Of a stretch of DNA of 63,897 nucleotides, positions 10,480 through 19,918 are shown in pieces. The notes below the pieces were generated by a model, which saw only the letters and a list, made by a program, of their open reading frames with translations, did not search any database and had not been told where the DNA came from. Position 1 is the stretch's first letter. Every line of letters begins with the position of its first letter. Origin of the DNA: a bacterium (GTDB taxonomy: Bacteria; Zhuqueibacterota; Zhuqueibacteria; Zhuqueibacterales; Zhuqueibacteraceae); the NCBI GenBank assembly GCA_044869275.1, contig JBIOXB010000208.1, positions 1 to 63,897 of the forward strand, in the 5' to 3' direction. A program made the position numbers and the translations under genes.

Positions 10480-12669
10480 TCAATCCGACCTGCGCGCATC
10501 CCGGCCGCTGTGCGTGCGCTCGCGGCCACGGTGAAGGTCGCAGCGGCTTGCCGGTTCCAATCCCGCTTTATACACTTCCCAGATTACCGTCGGGCACTCG
10601 TCGTTTGCGAGCTTTTTCGAAGCGGTGCATATTTCTATGCGCACGACGCCGTCCGGTTTGGGGAAATCTTCCACCTCTAAGTGGAGCGTATCGTGCCAGG
10701 CTCGCATGAAGGGGCCCCACATGGGCAGCGCCACGACCGAGCCGGTGCCGCGCTCGAATGACATGTCCTGCCGATCGAAACCCGCCCACACGCCGGTGAC
10801 GAATTGCGGCGTGAAGCCGATGAACCAGGCGTCGCGATAGGTATTGGTCGTGCCGGTCTTGCCGGCCGCTGGACGGTAAAAGTTGTAGCGGCCGCGCACG
10901 CCCGCGGCGGTGCCGCGCGGGCTATCGATAACCGAACGCAACATGTCGGTCATGATGTACGCCGTTTCCTTGCTCAAAACCTCCTTGCCGTTGGGAAAAT
11001 TTTCTTCCAGCACGTTACCCTCTTTATCCTCGATGCGCGTGATGAAAATCGGCTCCATGCGCACGCCTTGATTGGGATAAGCCGAAAACGCCGAAGTAAT
11101 CTCCAAAGGAATGACCTCGCCGGCGCCGAGGGCGGCCACCGCGTCGTATGGCGGCAGGTCCGTGGTCAGCCCCATTTTCTTGGCATAGTTGACCACAATT
11201 TCGGGTTTGGTGATTTGTTGCACCACGCGAACCGTCGGCAGGTTCAGCGAACGCGACAAAGCTTCGCGCAGCGTCACGAAGCCGCCGATGGAATTGTCAT
11301 AATTGTGCGGCCGCCACTCCGTGCCATCGACTTGCCTGACGACGACGGGCTGGTTGATCACCTCGTAGGTCGTGGGAAAGCCGTTGTCGATAACGGTGGT
11401 ATACGCGAAGGGTTTGAAAGCGGAACCGGGTTGGCGTTTCGCCTGAGTGACACGATTGAATTTATTTTCCTCGAAATCTCGCCCGCCGACCAAAGCACGA
11501 ACGTATCCGGTTTTGGGCTCGATGCACACCAGTGCCGCCTGCACCGGGCGCTCGCGGCTGAGCAGGCTGTGAATTGTGGCCGAATCCAGCAGCACTTGCG
11601 TCATGGTCATGCCGAGCGAATCCAGCATCGCGGGGGTAATTATTTTAAGATGTTCGCGTTTGGCGAGCAAGCGCTTGTTGTATTGCCTTTGCAGTTCGTG
11701 CAGTTGGTTCGTGACGGCGCGTTCGGCCAAGAATTGTGCGCGGGTGTCAACCGTGGTGTGAATGGTGAGGCCTTGCGTCAGAATGTCGCTGCCATATTTT
11801 TGCCACAGCAGCTGGCGCACATGCTCGGTGAAATAAGGCGCGACGCCGTAGTGATCGTTGGACGGGGTATCGAGCACCGCGAGCGGCGCAGCTTTGTAGC
11901 GATCATAGTCTTCGCGGGAAAGCGCGCCGGTGGCGTACATATTGTGCAGCACGAGATTGCGGCGCTCCAAACAGCGTTGCGGATACTTGATCGGCGAAAG
12001 CGACTCCGGCCGCTGCACCAGGCCGACCAGGGTAGCCGCTTCCGGCACGTTCAATTCTTGCACGGGCTTGCCGAAAAAACGCTGCGCCGCCATTTGCACG
12101 CCATGCGCACCATGGCCGAAATAGACGTGCGTGAGGTACATCTCCAAAATTTCCTTTTTGGTGTAGGTGCGCTCGATTTGAATCGCGGTCAGTGCTTCCT
12201 TGACTTTTCGCGTGAGCGTTTTTTCGTCGGTCAAATGGAGCTTGCGCGCGAGCTGCTGCGTGATCGTGCTCGCCCCCTGGCGCACGCTCAGGCTGAAAAC
12301 GTTGATCATCATGGCTTCGGCGAGGCGCATGGTGTTGATGCCCCAGTGGCTGTAAAAACGCCGGTCTTCCGTGGCGAGCAGGGCCTGCTGCAAATACTGC
12401 GGCACTTGTTCCAACGGGGTGTAAGAGCGGCGTTCTTCAAAGAATTCCTTGATGAGCTTGCCGTCGGCGCTGTAGACTTTGGAGATAAGCTTGGGCTGGT
12501 AGCGCTCGAGCTGGGCGGTATCCGGCAAATCGCTGCTGAGCGCCAGCAAATAGATGATCAGTATCAACCCCAAAGCTGCCGCTGTGCCGCCCAAAACATA
12601 CAGCGGTTTTGGCGATTGCCAGAAGTCGGCCCAAAAGCCGTTGTGGGAAGATAGGTTCATGGCTGTCAC
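10480..12669 (-). CDS. Class A penicillin-binding protein, PBP1A family
   Basis: Transglycosylase motifs EDRRFYSHWG, GASTITQQL and RKVKE. Transpeptidase motifs SAFK, SLN and KTG. Confidence 0.94.
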   Translation of the reverse strand: MTAMNLSSHNGFWADFWQSPKPLYVLGGTAAALGLILIIYLLALSSDLPDTAQLERYQPKLISKVYSADGKLIKEFFEERRSYTPLEQVPQYLQQALLATEDRRFYSHWGINTMRLAEAMMINVFSLSVRQGASTITQQLARKLHLTDEKTLTRKVKEALTAIQIERTYTKKEILEMYLTHVYFGHGAHGVQMAAQRFFGKPVQELNVPEAATLVGLVQRPESLSPIKYPQRCLERRNLVLHNMYATGALSREDYDRYKAAPLAVLDTPSNDHYGVAPYFTEHVRQLLWQKYGSDILTQGLTIHTTVDTRAQFLAERAVTNQLHELQRQYNKRLLAKREHLKIITPAMLDSLGMTMTQVLLDSATIHSLLSRERPVQAALVCIEPKTGYVRALVGGRDFEENKFNRVTQAKRQPGSAFKPFAYTTVIDNGFPTTYEVINQPVVVRQVDGTEWRPHNYDNSIGGFVTLREALSRSLNLPTVRVVQQITKPEIVVNYAKKMGLTTDLPPYDAVAALGAGEVIPLEITSAFSAYPNQGVRMEPIFITRIEDKEGNVLEENFPNGKEVLSKETAYIMTDMLRSVIDSPRGTAAGVRGRYNFYRPAAGKTGTTNTYRDAWFIGFTPQFVTGVWAGFDRQDMSFERGTGSVVALPMWGPFMRAWHDTLHLEVEDFPKPDGVVRIEICTASKKLANDECPTVIWEVYKAGLEPASRCDLHRGRERTHSGRDARRSD

Positions 12670-12888
12670 TCTCGCAGCACGCGATAGAATATTTCAAAGC
12701 AGTGGCGGCTTCTTGGCGAAAAAGGCAAACAGAAGAAAGCAGAGACTATAGCGTTTAATGTACTGGCCATGCCGGCGAATGCAGGGACCGCATCAGAATA
12801 AATCCAGCTCAGGCGCCTGAGCATGCATTTTGCAGTTCTGCAATTCTAAAATGCGCAAGCTCGGCGCATTTTGCCGCCTGCCCCTCAT

Positions 12889-13713
12889 TCAGCGTTCCGG
12901 CCATGTGAGCAGCCGCGGTCCATTCTCGTCCATGCGGCAGTAAGTAAAACGCTTCATCCAATCGCCAAGATTGATTAGCGTTTTGCCTTCGATTTGTTCG
13001 AGGATGGGTTTGTGTGTATGGCCCATCATGAATACATCGTACCCCTCGGCGAGTTTGCGCAAACCGTATTCGCGATACTCGCGATCCCAGCTGCTGTCGC
13101 GTTCCTTGTACTTGCGGCTTGAGCCCGACATGAAGTTCGCCAGCGGCACGCCCAGGTCAGGAGAGAGCATGCGGTACAAAAAAACATTGACCGGGTGTTT
13201 CATGACTTTTTTTAGGATGCGATAGCCGCGGTCGCGCTTGGCCGTGCCGTCGCCGTGGGTGATGAAACACTTGTAGCCGTACAGCATGCGGCTCAGGCCC
13301 TGGTGGTGAATATTCAGCCCCACCTGCTCGCGTAGAAAATCACCCAGCCACATGTCATGATTGCCGGCGAGATAATCGACCGGCAGCCCGTGGTGGCTCA
13401 ACTCGTGCAGTTTCGCGAGCACGGCAAAATGCCGGTTCAAAATGGCATGGCGGTATTCAAACCAAAAGTCAAACAGATCTCCAACGATGAACAGGCCGGC
13501 GCCGTGGGTTTTGACGTATTCCAAAAATTCCAGAACTTTGGTTCGGCGCTCCGCATCATTGGCACTGTGGGGCGCCCCCAAATGCGCATCGGAAAAGAAA
13601 AAATATGCTGGCACTGCGGCGTTGAAATCTCCTCGCTTGGTGCCAACGGACTCTTCGCGTCCGCTGGGTTGTTTCCCTCCGTGGGTGATTCTCTGACGTT
13701 CTTCTCCGGGCAC
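12889..13713 (-). CDS. lpxH: UDP-2,3-diacylglucosamine diphosphatase (metallophosphoesterase)
   Basis: SDAHLG, GDLFDFW, GNHD, HGDG, GHTH and NLGDW. True start uncertain. Confidence 0.85.
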   Translation of the reverse strand: MPGEERQRITHGGKQPSGREESVGTKRGDFNAAVPAYFFFSDAHLGAPHSANDAERRTKVLEFLEYVKTHGAGLFIVGDLFDFWFEYRHAILNRHFAVLAKLHELSHHGLPVDYLAGNHDMWLGDFLREQVGLNIHHQGLSRMLYGYKCFITHGDGTAKRDRGYRILKKVMKHPVNVFLYRMLSPDLGVPLANFMSGSSRKYKERDSSWDREYREYGLRKLAEGYDVFMMGHTHKPILEQIEGKTLINLGDWMKRFTYCRMDENGPRLLTWPER

Positions 13714-13929
13714 CTCCCTTCAAGTAATGCCGGAGTCCGGTAGCGTAAAACACTGGCGTCGTGCATCATTTCAACCAGCGCTGGGCAAAATAAACTCAAA
13801 AGAATTTACTGATTCCATTTTCAACATGCAAGCACAGAACCACCGCGTGGCAGAAACCCAACCGTGAAACCTGAAATGCCTGCAGGCCGCAAGCGATTGT
13901 TTTGTGAGAGTTATCAGGCAAAAAATGAA

Positions 13930-13958
13930 TTGACAACGTGGTAACTTTTTAGTAGATT
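13930..13958 (+). promoter_or_regulatory. Sigma70-type promoter for the BMC-H pair
   Basis: TTGACA-N17-TAGATT about 50 bp upstream of the AAGGAG/ATG at 14011. Confidence 0.6.
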
Positions 13959-14010
13959 TTCCGCGCCAAAATGAAAGGGTAGCCGGGTTCATATCTCCAA
14001 AGGAGCATAA

Positions 14011-14304
14011 ATGAGTCTCGATGCACTCGGAATGATCGAAACGCGGGGCTTGGTGGGCGCGATTGAAGCCGCGGACGCCATGGTGAAGGCCGCGAAAGTG
14101 ACCTTGATCGGCAAAGAAAAAATCGGCGGGGGATACGTCACCGTGTTGGTGCGCGGCGACGTCGGCGCCGTGAAAGCAGCAACCGACGCCGGCGCCGCGG
14201 CGGCTGAGAAAGTCGGTGAACTGGTCTCGGTGCACGTGATTCCGCGGCCACATGCGGAAGTGGAATTGATTCTACCGAAACGCTCGGACTTGAGTGAATC
14301 GTGA
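14011..14304 (+). CDS. Bacterial microcompartment shell hexamer (BMC-H, EutM/PduA-like)
   Basis: [29 protein letters not shown] and HVIPRPH. Confidence 0.96.
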   Translation: MSLDALGMIETRGLVGAIEAADAMVKAAKVTLIGKEKIGGGYVTVLVRGDVGAVKAATDAGAAAAEKVGELVSVHVIPRPHAEVELILPKRSDLSES

Positions 14305-14311
14305 GACGGCC

Positions 14312-14617
14312 ATGAGTGAGCGCGCTTTGGGATTGATTGAAACACGAGGCCTGGTCGCGGCCCTGGAGGCTGCCGACGCGATGGTGAAAGCCGCGCAGGT
14401 CATTTTGGTCGGCAAAGAGGTGACCGATGCGGCCATGGTCACCATCAAAATCGTCGGAGAGGTGGGAGCGGTGAAGGCCGCTCTCGACGCGGGCAGTGCC
14501 GCTGCCGCGAAAGTGGGCGAGTTGGTTTCGACGCACATCATTCCGCGGCCGCACGAGGAGAGTGAAGCCATCATCTACTCGGCGGAGGAACGCCAAAAAC
14601 TGCCGGCCCAGCGATAA
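14312..14617 (+). CDS. Bacterial microcompartment shell hexamer (BMC-H)
   Basis: [28 protein letters not shown] and HIIPRPH. Confidence 0.95.
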   Translation: MSERALGLIETRGLVAALEAADAMVKAAQVILVGKEVTDAAMVTIKIVGEVGAVKAALDAGSAAAAKVGELVSTHIIPRPHEESEAIIYSAEERQKLPAQR

Positions 14618-14749
14618 AGTATGTCGTTGTACGACACCGTCGTAGGTGTACGCCTTCCTTGTGAAAACGATGCAAATGCTCGCCCCTAACTGGCACTGCG
14701 CCTTGTTTCATTCCACCCCAATGGTTCAAGCCGCAAGAGCTACATCTGT

Positions 14750-15637
14750 ATGAAAAAATGGATGGTCCGCGCTTATGCGAAAATCAACTTGGGATTGCGC
14801 GTGTTGGGCAGGCGTGCGGACGGTTATCACGAGTTAGACACGTATTTTTTGCAGATCAGTCTGGCGGATCAATTGTTCTTTGAGAAATCCGAAGAAGCGT
14901 ATTTGGAGTTTGCCTGCAACTGGCCGGAGATTCCGGTTGATCGCGACAATCTCTGCGTGCGTGCTTATGACTTGATCACCCGCAAAGCCGGAAGGAAGCC
15001 GGGAGTGAAGCTGTATCTGCATAAGAATGTGCCGGCCGGCGGCGGTTTGGGAGGCGGCAGCAGTGACGCCGCCGTGGCTTTAATGGCGATCAACCAAATC
15101 TGCGGCCTGGAGTTGGCTCAGGAAGATCTGCGTGAACTGGCCCTGGAGCTCGGCTCGGATGTGCCCTTTTTTCTCGAAGGAGGATTCTGCCGCGGTCAAG
15201 GGCGTGGGGAAATCCTTTCACCTGTTCCGAGATTGCCGGAGATAGGGATAGTTGTGATCGTGCCGGAGTTCTCGATTTCAACTGCTTCCGTTTATAAAAA
15301 CATTAAATTAGGCTTGACAAAAAGTCACCAGAATTGTACATTCGCTCTCTCAAAACTGCAGTGTTTCGAAGACTGCAACACTGAGTCGCTTGGCGTCAAC
15401 GACTTGGAAGAGATTGTTTTTCAATGGCATCCTCATTTGCTTGCCGTCAAAAACAAGCTGGGGCAGGAGGGAGCCATTTTTTCGAATTTGACGGGAAGCG
15501 GCGCGGCGGTTTTTGGCGTCTTCAGCAGCCTTTCGCAAGCGCAGGCAGTGCAACAATTATTTCGTTCCGAGTATCGCACATTTAGCGCGCGACCAATGAA
15601 GTGGGGGTACGGCGACGTCGATTCTTTTCTGAGATGA
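14750..15637 (+). CDS. ispE: 4-diphosphocytidyl-2-C-methyl-D-erythritol kinase
   Basis: AKINLGL, DGYHEL, GHMP motif PAGGGLGGGSSDAA, LGSDVPFF and LTGSG. Confidence 0.95.
   Translation: MKKWMVRAYAKINLGLRVLGRRADGYHELDTYFLQISLADQLFFEKSEEAYLEFACNWPEIPVDRDNLCVRAYDLITRKAGRKPGVKLYLHKNVPAGGGLGGGSSDAAVALMAINQICGLELAQEDLRELALELGSDVPFFLEGGFCRGQGRGEILSPVPRLPEIGIVVIVPEFSISTASVYKNIKLGLTKSHQNCTFALSKLQCFEDCNTESLGVNDLEEIVFQWHPHLLAVKNKLGQEGAIFSNLTGSGAAVFGVFSSLSQAQAVQQLFRSEYRTFSARPMKWGYGDVDSFLR
15314..15342 (+). promoter_or_regulatory. Internal sigma70-type promoter inside ispE
   Basis: TTGACA-N17-TACATT within a locally AT-rich patch of ispE. Confidence 0.55.
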
Positions 15638-15701
15638 TACGGAGAATGGTTAAATCTGCTTTGGGGCAGTTGACCATGACAACTCTTGCAGGGAGGAAGG
15701 G

Positions 15702-15992
15702 ATGGAGATTACCGAAATTACGGTGAGTATTCGGGACGAAGACAAGTTGAAGGCGTTTGTCAATGTGACATTCGACAATTGTTTCGTGGTGCGCGGCATG
15801 AAGGTGATCAAGGGAGCGACCGGCTACTTCGTGAGCATGCCCAGCCGCAAAATGAACGACGGCACCTATCGTGACATCGCGCATCCCATCTCCAATGATT
15901 TTCGCGATAAGATTGAAAAGGCCATTCTGCGACAGTATCGCGAAGATGCTGCCCGTGAAGGCCTCGCGGCCGACCCCGATCTCGTAGTTTGA
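15702..15992 (+). CDS. spoVG: SpoVG family nucleic-acid-binding protein
   Basis: MEITEI, KLKAFVNVTFDNCFVVRGMKVI, FVSMPSRK and DIAHPI. Confidence 0.94.
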   Translation: MEITEITVSIRDEDKLKAFVNVTFDNCFVVRGMKVIKGATGYFVSMPSRKMNDGTYRDIAHPISNDFRDKIEKAILRQYREDAAREGLAADPDLVV

Positions 15993-16113
15993 AGTGGTGA
16001 AGAAGTCCTTGGAAAGATGATTCGAAGTTGGGAACAAAACGCAGTGAAGATCGCCATCTCATTCTTCCCTGATTCTCTCCCAGAACGAACTCAAATTCCG
16101 AAATTCAGTTTTT

Positions 16114-16186
16114 TGGGGCGTCGCCAAGCTGGCAAGGCACAGGACTTTGGTTCCTGCATTCGGAGGTTCGAATCCTCCCGCCCCAG
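16114..16186 (+). tRNA. tRNA-Gln (anticodon TTG)
   Basis: Cloverleaf with acceptor TGGGGCG/CGCCCCA, anticodon arm CAGGA-CTTTGGT-TCCTG and T arm GGAGG-TTCGAAT-CCTCC. CCA is not encoded. Confidence 0.97.
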
Positions 16187-16264
16187 CTCAAATTTTCAGC
16201 GCCGGATTTTGCCCGCGCGGGCGGGCCAAGGCGTGCGAGTGAACCACGGCTTCCAGAAGGGCTC

Positions 16265-17209
16265 ATGAGCGCTCTGTTGCAACATCCTCGCATTTTCAGC
16301 GGAAGGGCGCATCCGGATCTGGCGCAAAAAATCGCCCGGGACCTCAATCTCGAGCTCGGCAAGAACGAGTTTCGCGAGTTCAGTGACGGCGAAACGTGGG
16401 TAAAGTTCAGCGAGAATATTCGCGGCCAGGACGTTTTCATTTTGCAGCCAACGAACGCGCCGGCGCGAAACTTGCTCGAATTGTTGATCATGATCGACGC
16501 CGCCAAGCGCGCCTCGGCCAAGCGCATTTCGGCGGTGATTCCATATTACGGTTATGCGCGCCAGGACCGCAAAGACCAGCCGCGCGTTTCCATCACCGCG
16601 AAATTGGTGGCGAATCTCATAACCACGGCCGGAGCGAATCGCATCCTGACGATGGATTTGCATGCGCCGCAATTGCAGGGCTTCTTTGACATTCCGCTCG
16701 ACCATCTGTATTCCGCGTCGGTGTTCATCGATCATCTGCAAGAGATCAATATCTCCAATTTAGTCGTGGTCGCGCCCGACCTCGGTGGTGCGCACATGGC
16801 GCGGGCCTATGCCAAACGTTTGAATGCTCCTATCGCCATCGTGGACAAGCGCCGCCCGCGGCCCAACGCTGTGGAAATCATGCACGTCATCGGCAATGTG
16901 GAAGGTATGAATGCGCTGCTGATCGACGATATTTGCGACACCGCGGGCACGCTCACCAACGCCGCCGCAAAATTGAAAGAGATGGGCGCGCAAAAAATCA
17001 TCGCGGCGTGCACGCACGCGATTCTTTCCGGCCCGGCGGTCGAGCGCATCGATAAATCCGTGATCGACCAGTTGATCGTCACCGACACGGTGCAAATTCA
17101 TCCCAGCAAATTGATTGAAAAAATCAAAGTGCTGTCCGTGTCCCGGCTGTTCGGCCGTGCCATCATGCGCATTCATAACGAAGAATCGATCAGCTCGTTG
17201 TTTGATTAA
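16265..17209 (+). CDS. prs: Ribose-phosphate pyrophosphokinase
   Basis: FSDGE, PYYGYARQDRK, DLHAPQ and IDDICDTAGTL. Confidence 0.97.
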   Translation: MSALLQHPRIFSGRAHPDLAQKIARDLNLELGKNEFREFSDGETWVKFSENIRGQDVFILQPTNAPARNLLELLIMIDAAKRASAKRISAVIPYYGYARQDRKDQPRVSITAKLVANLITTAGANRILTMDLHAPQLQGFFDIPLDHLYSASVFIDHLQEINISNLVVVAPDLGGAHMARAYAKRLNAPIAIVDKRRPRPNAVEIMHVIGNVEGMNALLIDDICDTAGTLTNAAAKLKEMGAQKIIAACTHAILSGPAVERIDKSVIDQLIVTDTVQIHPSKLIEKIKVLSVSRLFGRAIMRIHNEESISSLFD

Positions 17210-17232
17210 AAAGCTCGAATGGTAAGAACACG

Positions 17233-17285
17233 TTTCACTTTACACGTTACACGGCTTCGCGTAACGCGTAAAGTGTAAGGTGTAA
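17233..17285. repeat. Inverted heptamer array, TTACACN family
   Basis: TTTCACT TTACACG TTACACG gctt CGCGTAA CGCGTAA AGTGTAA GGTGTAA. Confidence 0.8.
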
Positions 17286-17319
17286 TGTATCCAAACATAA
17301 TTCATTGTTAAAGGCCATC

Positions 17320-17988
17320 ATGAATCAAGCAATTCTATCCGTTCAGGTTCGCCAGGATACCGGCAAGCAAGCGGCCAAGCGGTTGCGCCGGCAAGGCCTG
17401 ATTCCCGGAGTTTATTACATTCACGGGCAGCCCAGCATCAATTTTACCGTGGATGCAAAGTTGTTGCGCAACACGCTCACGCACAAATCGAGCGTTCTCG
17501 ACGTGAATTTCAGCAATGGCGATACCGCCAAGTGCGTGGTGCGCGAAGTGCAATGGGATCCGGTGAAGGGCTCGCCTCTGCATCTCGATCTTCTGGGCGT
17601 CAGGCTCACGGAGAAAATCAAAATGGCCGTGCCGGTGCGCTTCGTGGGGAATGCCGCGGGTGTAAAAGCGGGTGGCGTGCTGCAACAATTATTGCGCGAG
17701 CTCGACATCGAAGGTTTGCCGCTGGATATCCCCGAGGCCATCACCATCGATGTCACCACGCTGGAGATCAATCAATCCGTGCATGTGGGCGATCTCAAGG
17801 TGGAGAAGGTCGAGATTCTTGACAATCCGACGCAGGTGATCGTTGCGGTGATGCCGCCGCGCCTGGAGGAAGTCGTGGTCGCGCCCACCCCGACGGAAGA
17901 AAGCAAAGAGCCGGAGGTCATCGGCCATGGCAAGAAGGAAGAAGAGGGCGAAGCGGAGCCGGCCAAGAAGCAAGAGGGCAAGAAGTAG
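17320..17988 (+). CDS. rplY: 50S ribosomal protein L25 / general stress protein Ctc
   Basis: RLRRQGLIPGVYY, REVQWDPV, HLDL and GVKAGG, in prs-rplY-pth synteny. Confidence 0.95.
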   Translation: MNQAILSVQVRQDTGKQAAKRLRRQGLIPGVYYIHGQPSINFTVDAKLLRNTLTHKSSVLDVNFSNGDTAKCVVREVQWDPVKGSPLHLDLLGVRLTEKIKMAVPVRFVGNAAGVKAGGVLQQLLRELDIEGLPLDIPEAITIDVTTLEINQSVHVGDLKVEKVEILDNPTQVIVAVMPPRLEEVVVAPTPTEESKEPEVIGHGKKEEEGEAEPAKKQEGKK

Positions 17989-18027
17989 TCCGGTTGCCGC
18001 TGCGGCGGCCCGCACTCTGGTGCAGTT

Positions 18028-18600
18028 ATGGCGGAAAGATTTTTGGTGGCCGGCTTGGGTAATCCCGGCAAGCGTTATGAGCAAACCCGCCACAATGCGG
18101 GCTTCCTGGCGGTTGACCGGCTGGCTGAAAAGTACCGTGTTTCCTTCAAGGCCGGCAAAGGGGATTATCTCGTTTCCGAAGTTGCGCACACGAGTCTTGC
18201 GGAAAGAGATTTCTTGCTGCTCAAGCCGATGACGTTCATGAACAACAGCGGCATTGCCGTGCGGCATGCCCTGGACTACTTTAAGATCGATCTCGACAAG
18301 CTGTTATTGGTGCTCGACGAGTTTCAGCTGCCCTTTGGGAAAGTGCGCCTGCGCCCGCAGGGCAGCGACGGCGGCCATAACGGCCTGGCTTCCGTGATTC
18401 AGCACCTGGGCTCGCAGGATTTTGCGCGCCTGCGCATCGGCATCGGCAGCGAATTTCTAGGCGATCGCGCGAATTTCGTGCTCGCGAAGTTTTCGAAAAC
18501 CGAGCTGGAAGAATTGCCTGCTCTGATCTCGCTTGCCATGGAGGCCACCATGGAGTTTATCGAACGTGGCATGCCGCAGGCGATGAACAAGTTCAATTGA
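18028..18600 (+). CDS. pth: Peptidyl-tRNA hydrolase
   Basis: GLGNPG, TRHNAGF, KPMTFMNNSG, GGHNGL and RLRIGIG. Confidence 0.97.
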   Translation: MAERFLVAGLGNPGKRYEQTRHNAGFLAVDRLAEKYRVSFKAGKGDYLVSEVAHTSLAERDFLLLKPMTFMNNSGIAVRHALDYFKIDLDKLLLVLDEFQLPFGKVRLRPQGSDGGHNGLASVIQHLGSQDFARLRIGIGSEFLGDRANFVLAKFSKTELEELPALISLAMEATMEFIERGMPQAMNKFN

Positions 18601-18696
18601 TCTTTGCCCCCAATCCGCCCTTGGGCGCTGCCATTAAATCTCGCTTGCTGTCAATGCAGGCGGCATGCTGCGTCCCTGGCGGCGGCACTTGCGGTT

Positions 18697-18738
18697 TTTG
18701 CTCTTTGCTTTTTGTTGTTTGCTTTTTGCTTTTTGCTT
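18697..18738. repeat. Tandem heptamer array (TTTGCTT x6, degenerate)
   Basis: TTTGCTC TTTGCTT TTTGTTG TTTGCTT TTTGCTT TTTGCTT. Confidence 0.8.
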
Positions 18739-18908
18739 CACCCCGTGCCAGAGCTCATCACCGGCGGCGCGCACATGCACAAGATGAGAAACCAAGACCA
18801 GGCGTGCCGAACGCGATGAGCAACCTTTTTTCATCGCAAGGTTTCCGCTCGCGCGCGGGATTGAATAACTATTGTAAGGCGCAGTAACTTTTTTCATGGA
18901 GGTTCTCA

Positions 18909-19325
18909 GTGGCTTTATATGAAACCACCGTCGTGGTGGATTCCATGCTCAAGCCGGACGACGTCAAGGGCTTGCGCGACCGCATCACCAACTTTATTTC
19001 GAACAATGGCGGGGAGATCGTGAAAGTGGACGATTGGGGCAAGCGCCGTCTCGCCTACGAGATCAAAAAGAAGCAATACGGTTTCTATCTCCACATGCGC
19101 TTCAACGCGCCCGCCGGCATTCTCGCTTTGTTGGAGAAGGAGTACCGCCTGAACGAATCCGTTCTGCGTTATCTCACTATCAAAGTTGACAAGCGTGCGC
19201 TCAAGAAGGAAGAAGTGGAACGCCAAAAGCCAAGGCACCTGGCCACGGAAGAAGAGGCAATTGTGCCGAGCTTCGTGCATAATGGCGTAACGGAAGAAAT
19301 CGGCGCCGGCGCTTTCAAAGGCTGA
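18909..19325 (+). CDS. rpsF: 30S ribosomal protein S6
   Basis: YETTVV, WGKRRLAYEIKK and VLRYL. GTG start preceded by GGAGG. Confidence 0.96.
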   Translation: MALYETTVVVDSMLKPDDVKGLRDRITNFISNNGGEIVKVDDWGKRRLAYEIKKKQYGFYLHMRFNAPAGILALLEKEYRLNESVLRYLTIKVDKRALKKEEVERQKPRHLATEEEAIVPSFVHNGVTEEIGAGAFKG

Positions 19326-19393
19326 GCCGGGCGCGCGCACGGGTGGGCGAGCTAATCCAGCGAGTTCTTCGCAACCATGTCGAGGGAAAAGCT

Positions 19394-19918
19394 ATGGCAG
19401 ACTTGAAGATGCCGGACATCAATTCCGTGATGATCGCGGGGAATTTGACCAGCGACCCCTCCTTCAGAAGGACTTCAAATGGCACGCCCGTGGCCAATTT
19501 TTATATCGCCTCGAACCGGCGTTTCAAAGATAACACCGGACAATGGCGCGAAAGCGTGTGCTATGTAGGCGTCGTGGCGTGGTATAAGCTCGCGGAGAGC
19601 TGCTCCGAGAGCCTGCACAAAAGCAGCGCGGTATTGGTCGATGGTGAGCTGCAAAGCCGCACCTGGAAAAACGAAGACGGCTCCACGCGCAACGTGGTGG
19701 AGATCAAGGCCCGGCGCATCCAGTTTCTCAACAAGCGCGCCGAAGCTCACGAAGCGATGGCGAGCGACGAGGAGTTTGACAGCGCCCCGGCGGAATATTC
19801 GGAAGAAGCCACCCGGCACGCGCCGCATACTCACGCGCCTTCACCACCGGCTCCGGCCGCGCCGGCGGCCGAACCCAAGAATGAATTCAATTTTGGCTAC
19901 GATAATCTCAAATTGTGA
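19394..19918 (+). CDS. ssb: Single-stranded DNA-binding protein
   Basis: [23 protein letters not shown] and acidic/Pro-rich tail, in rpsF-ssb-rpsR synteny. Confidence 0.94.
   Translation: MADLKMPDINSVMIAGNLTSDPSFRRTSNGTPVANFYIASNRRFKDNTGQWRESVCYVGVVAWYKLAESCSESLHKSSAVLVDGELQSRTWKNEDGSTRNVVEIKARRIQFLNKRAEAHEAMASDEEFDSAPAEYSEEATRHAPHTHAPSPPAPAAPAAEPKNEFNFGYDNLKL

Noticed and set aside
10804..12654. Long antisense ORFs (also 34450-36417, 1548-2684, 48541-49914)
   Set aside because: They are shadows of well-supported genes on the opposite strand in GC-rich DNA and have no recognisable motifs.
12812..12868. Imperfect hairpin between lpxH and PBP1A
   Set aside because: It is weak and single-copy here, and cannot be distinguished from an ordinary terminator-like structure.
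15702..15992. spoVG as evidence of sporulation or horizontal transfer
   Set aside because: SpoVG occurs in many non-sporulating phyla in this ispE-prs context.
18601..18908. S6:S18 autoregulatory leader upstream of rpsF
   Set aside because: It is expected by position, but I could not identify the conserved stem and CCR motif by eye. An Infernal search is needed.
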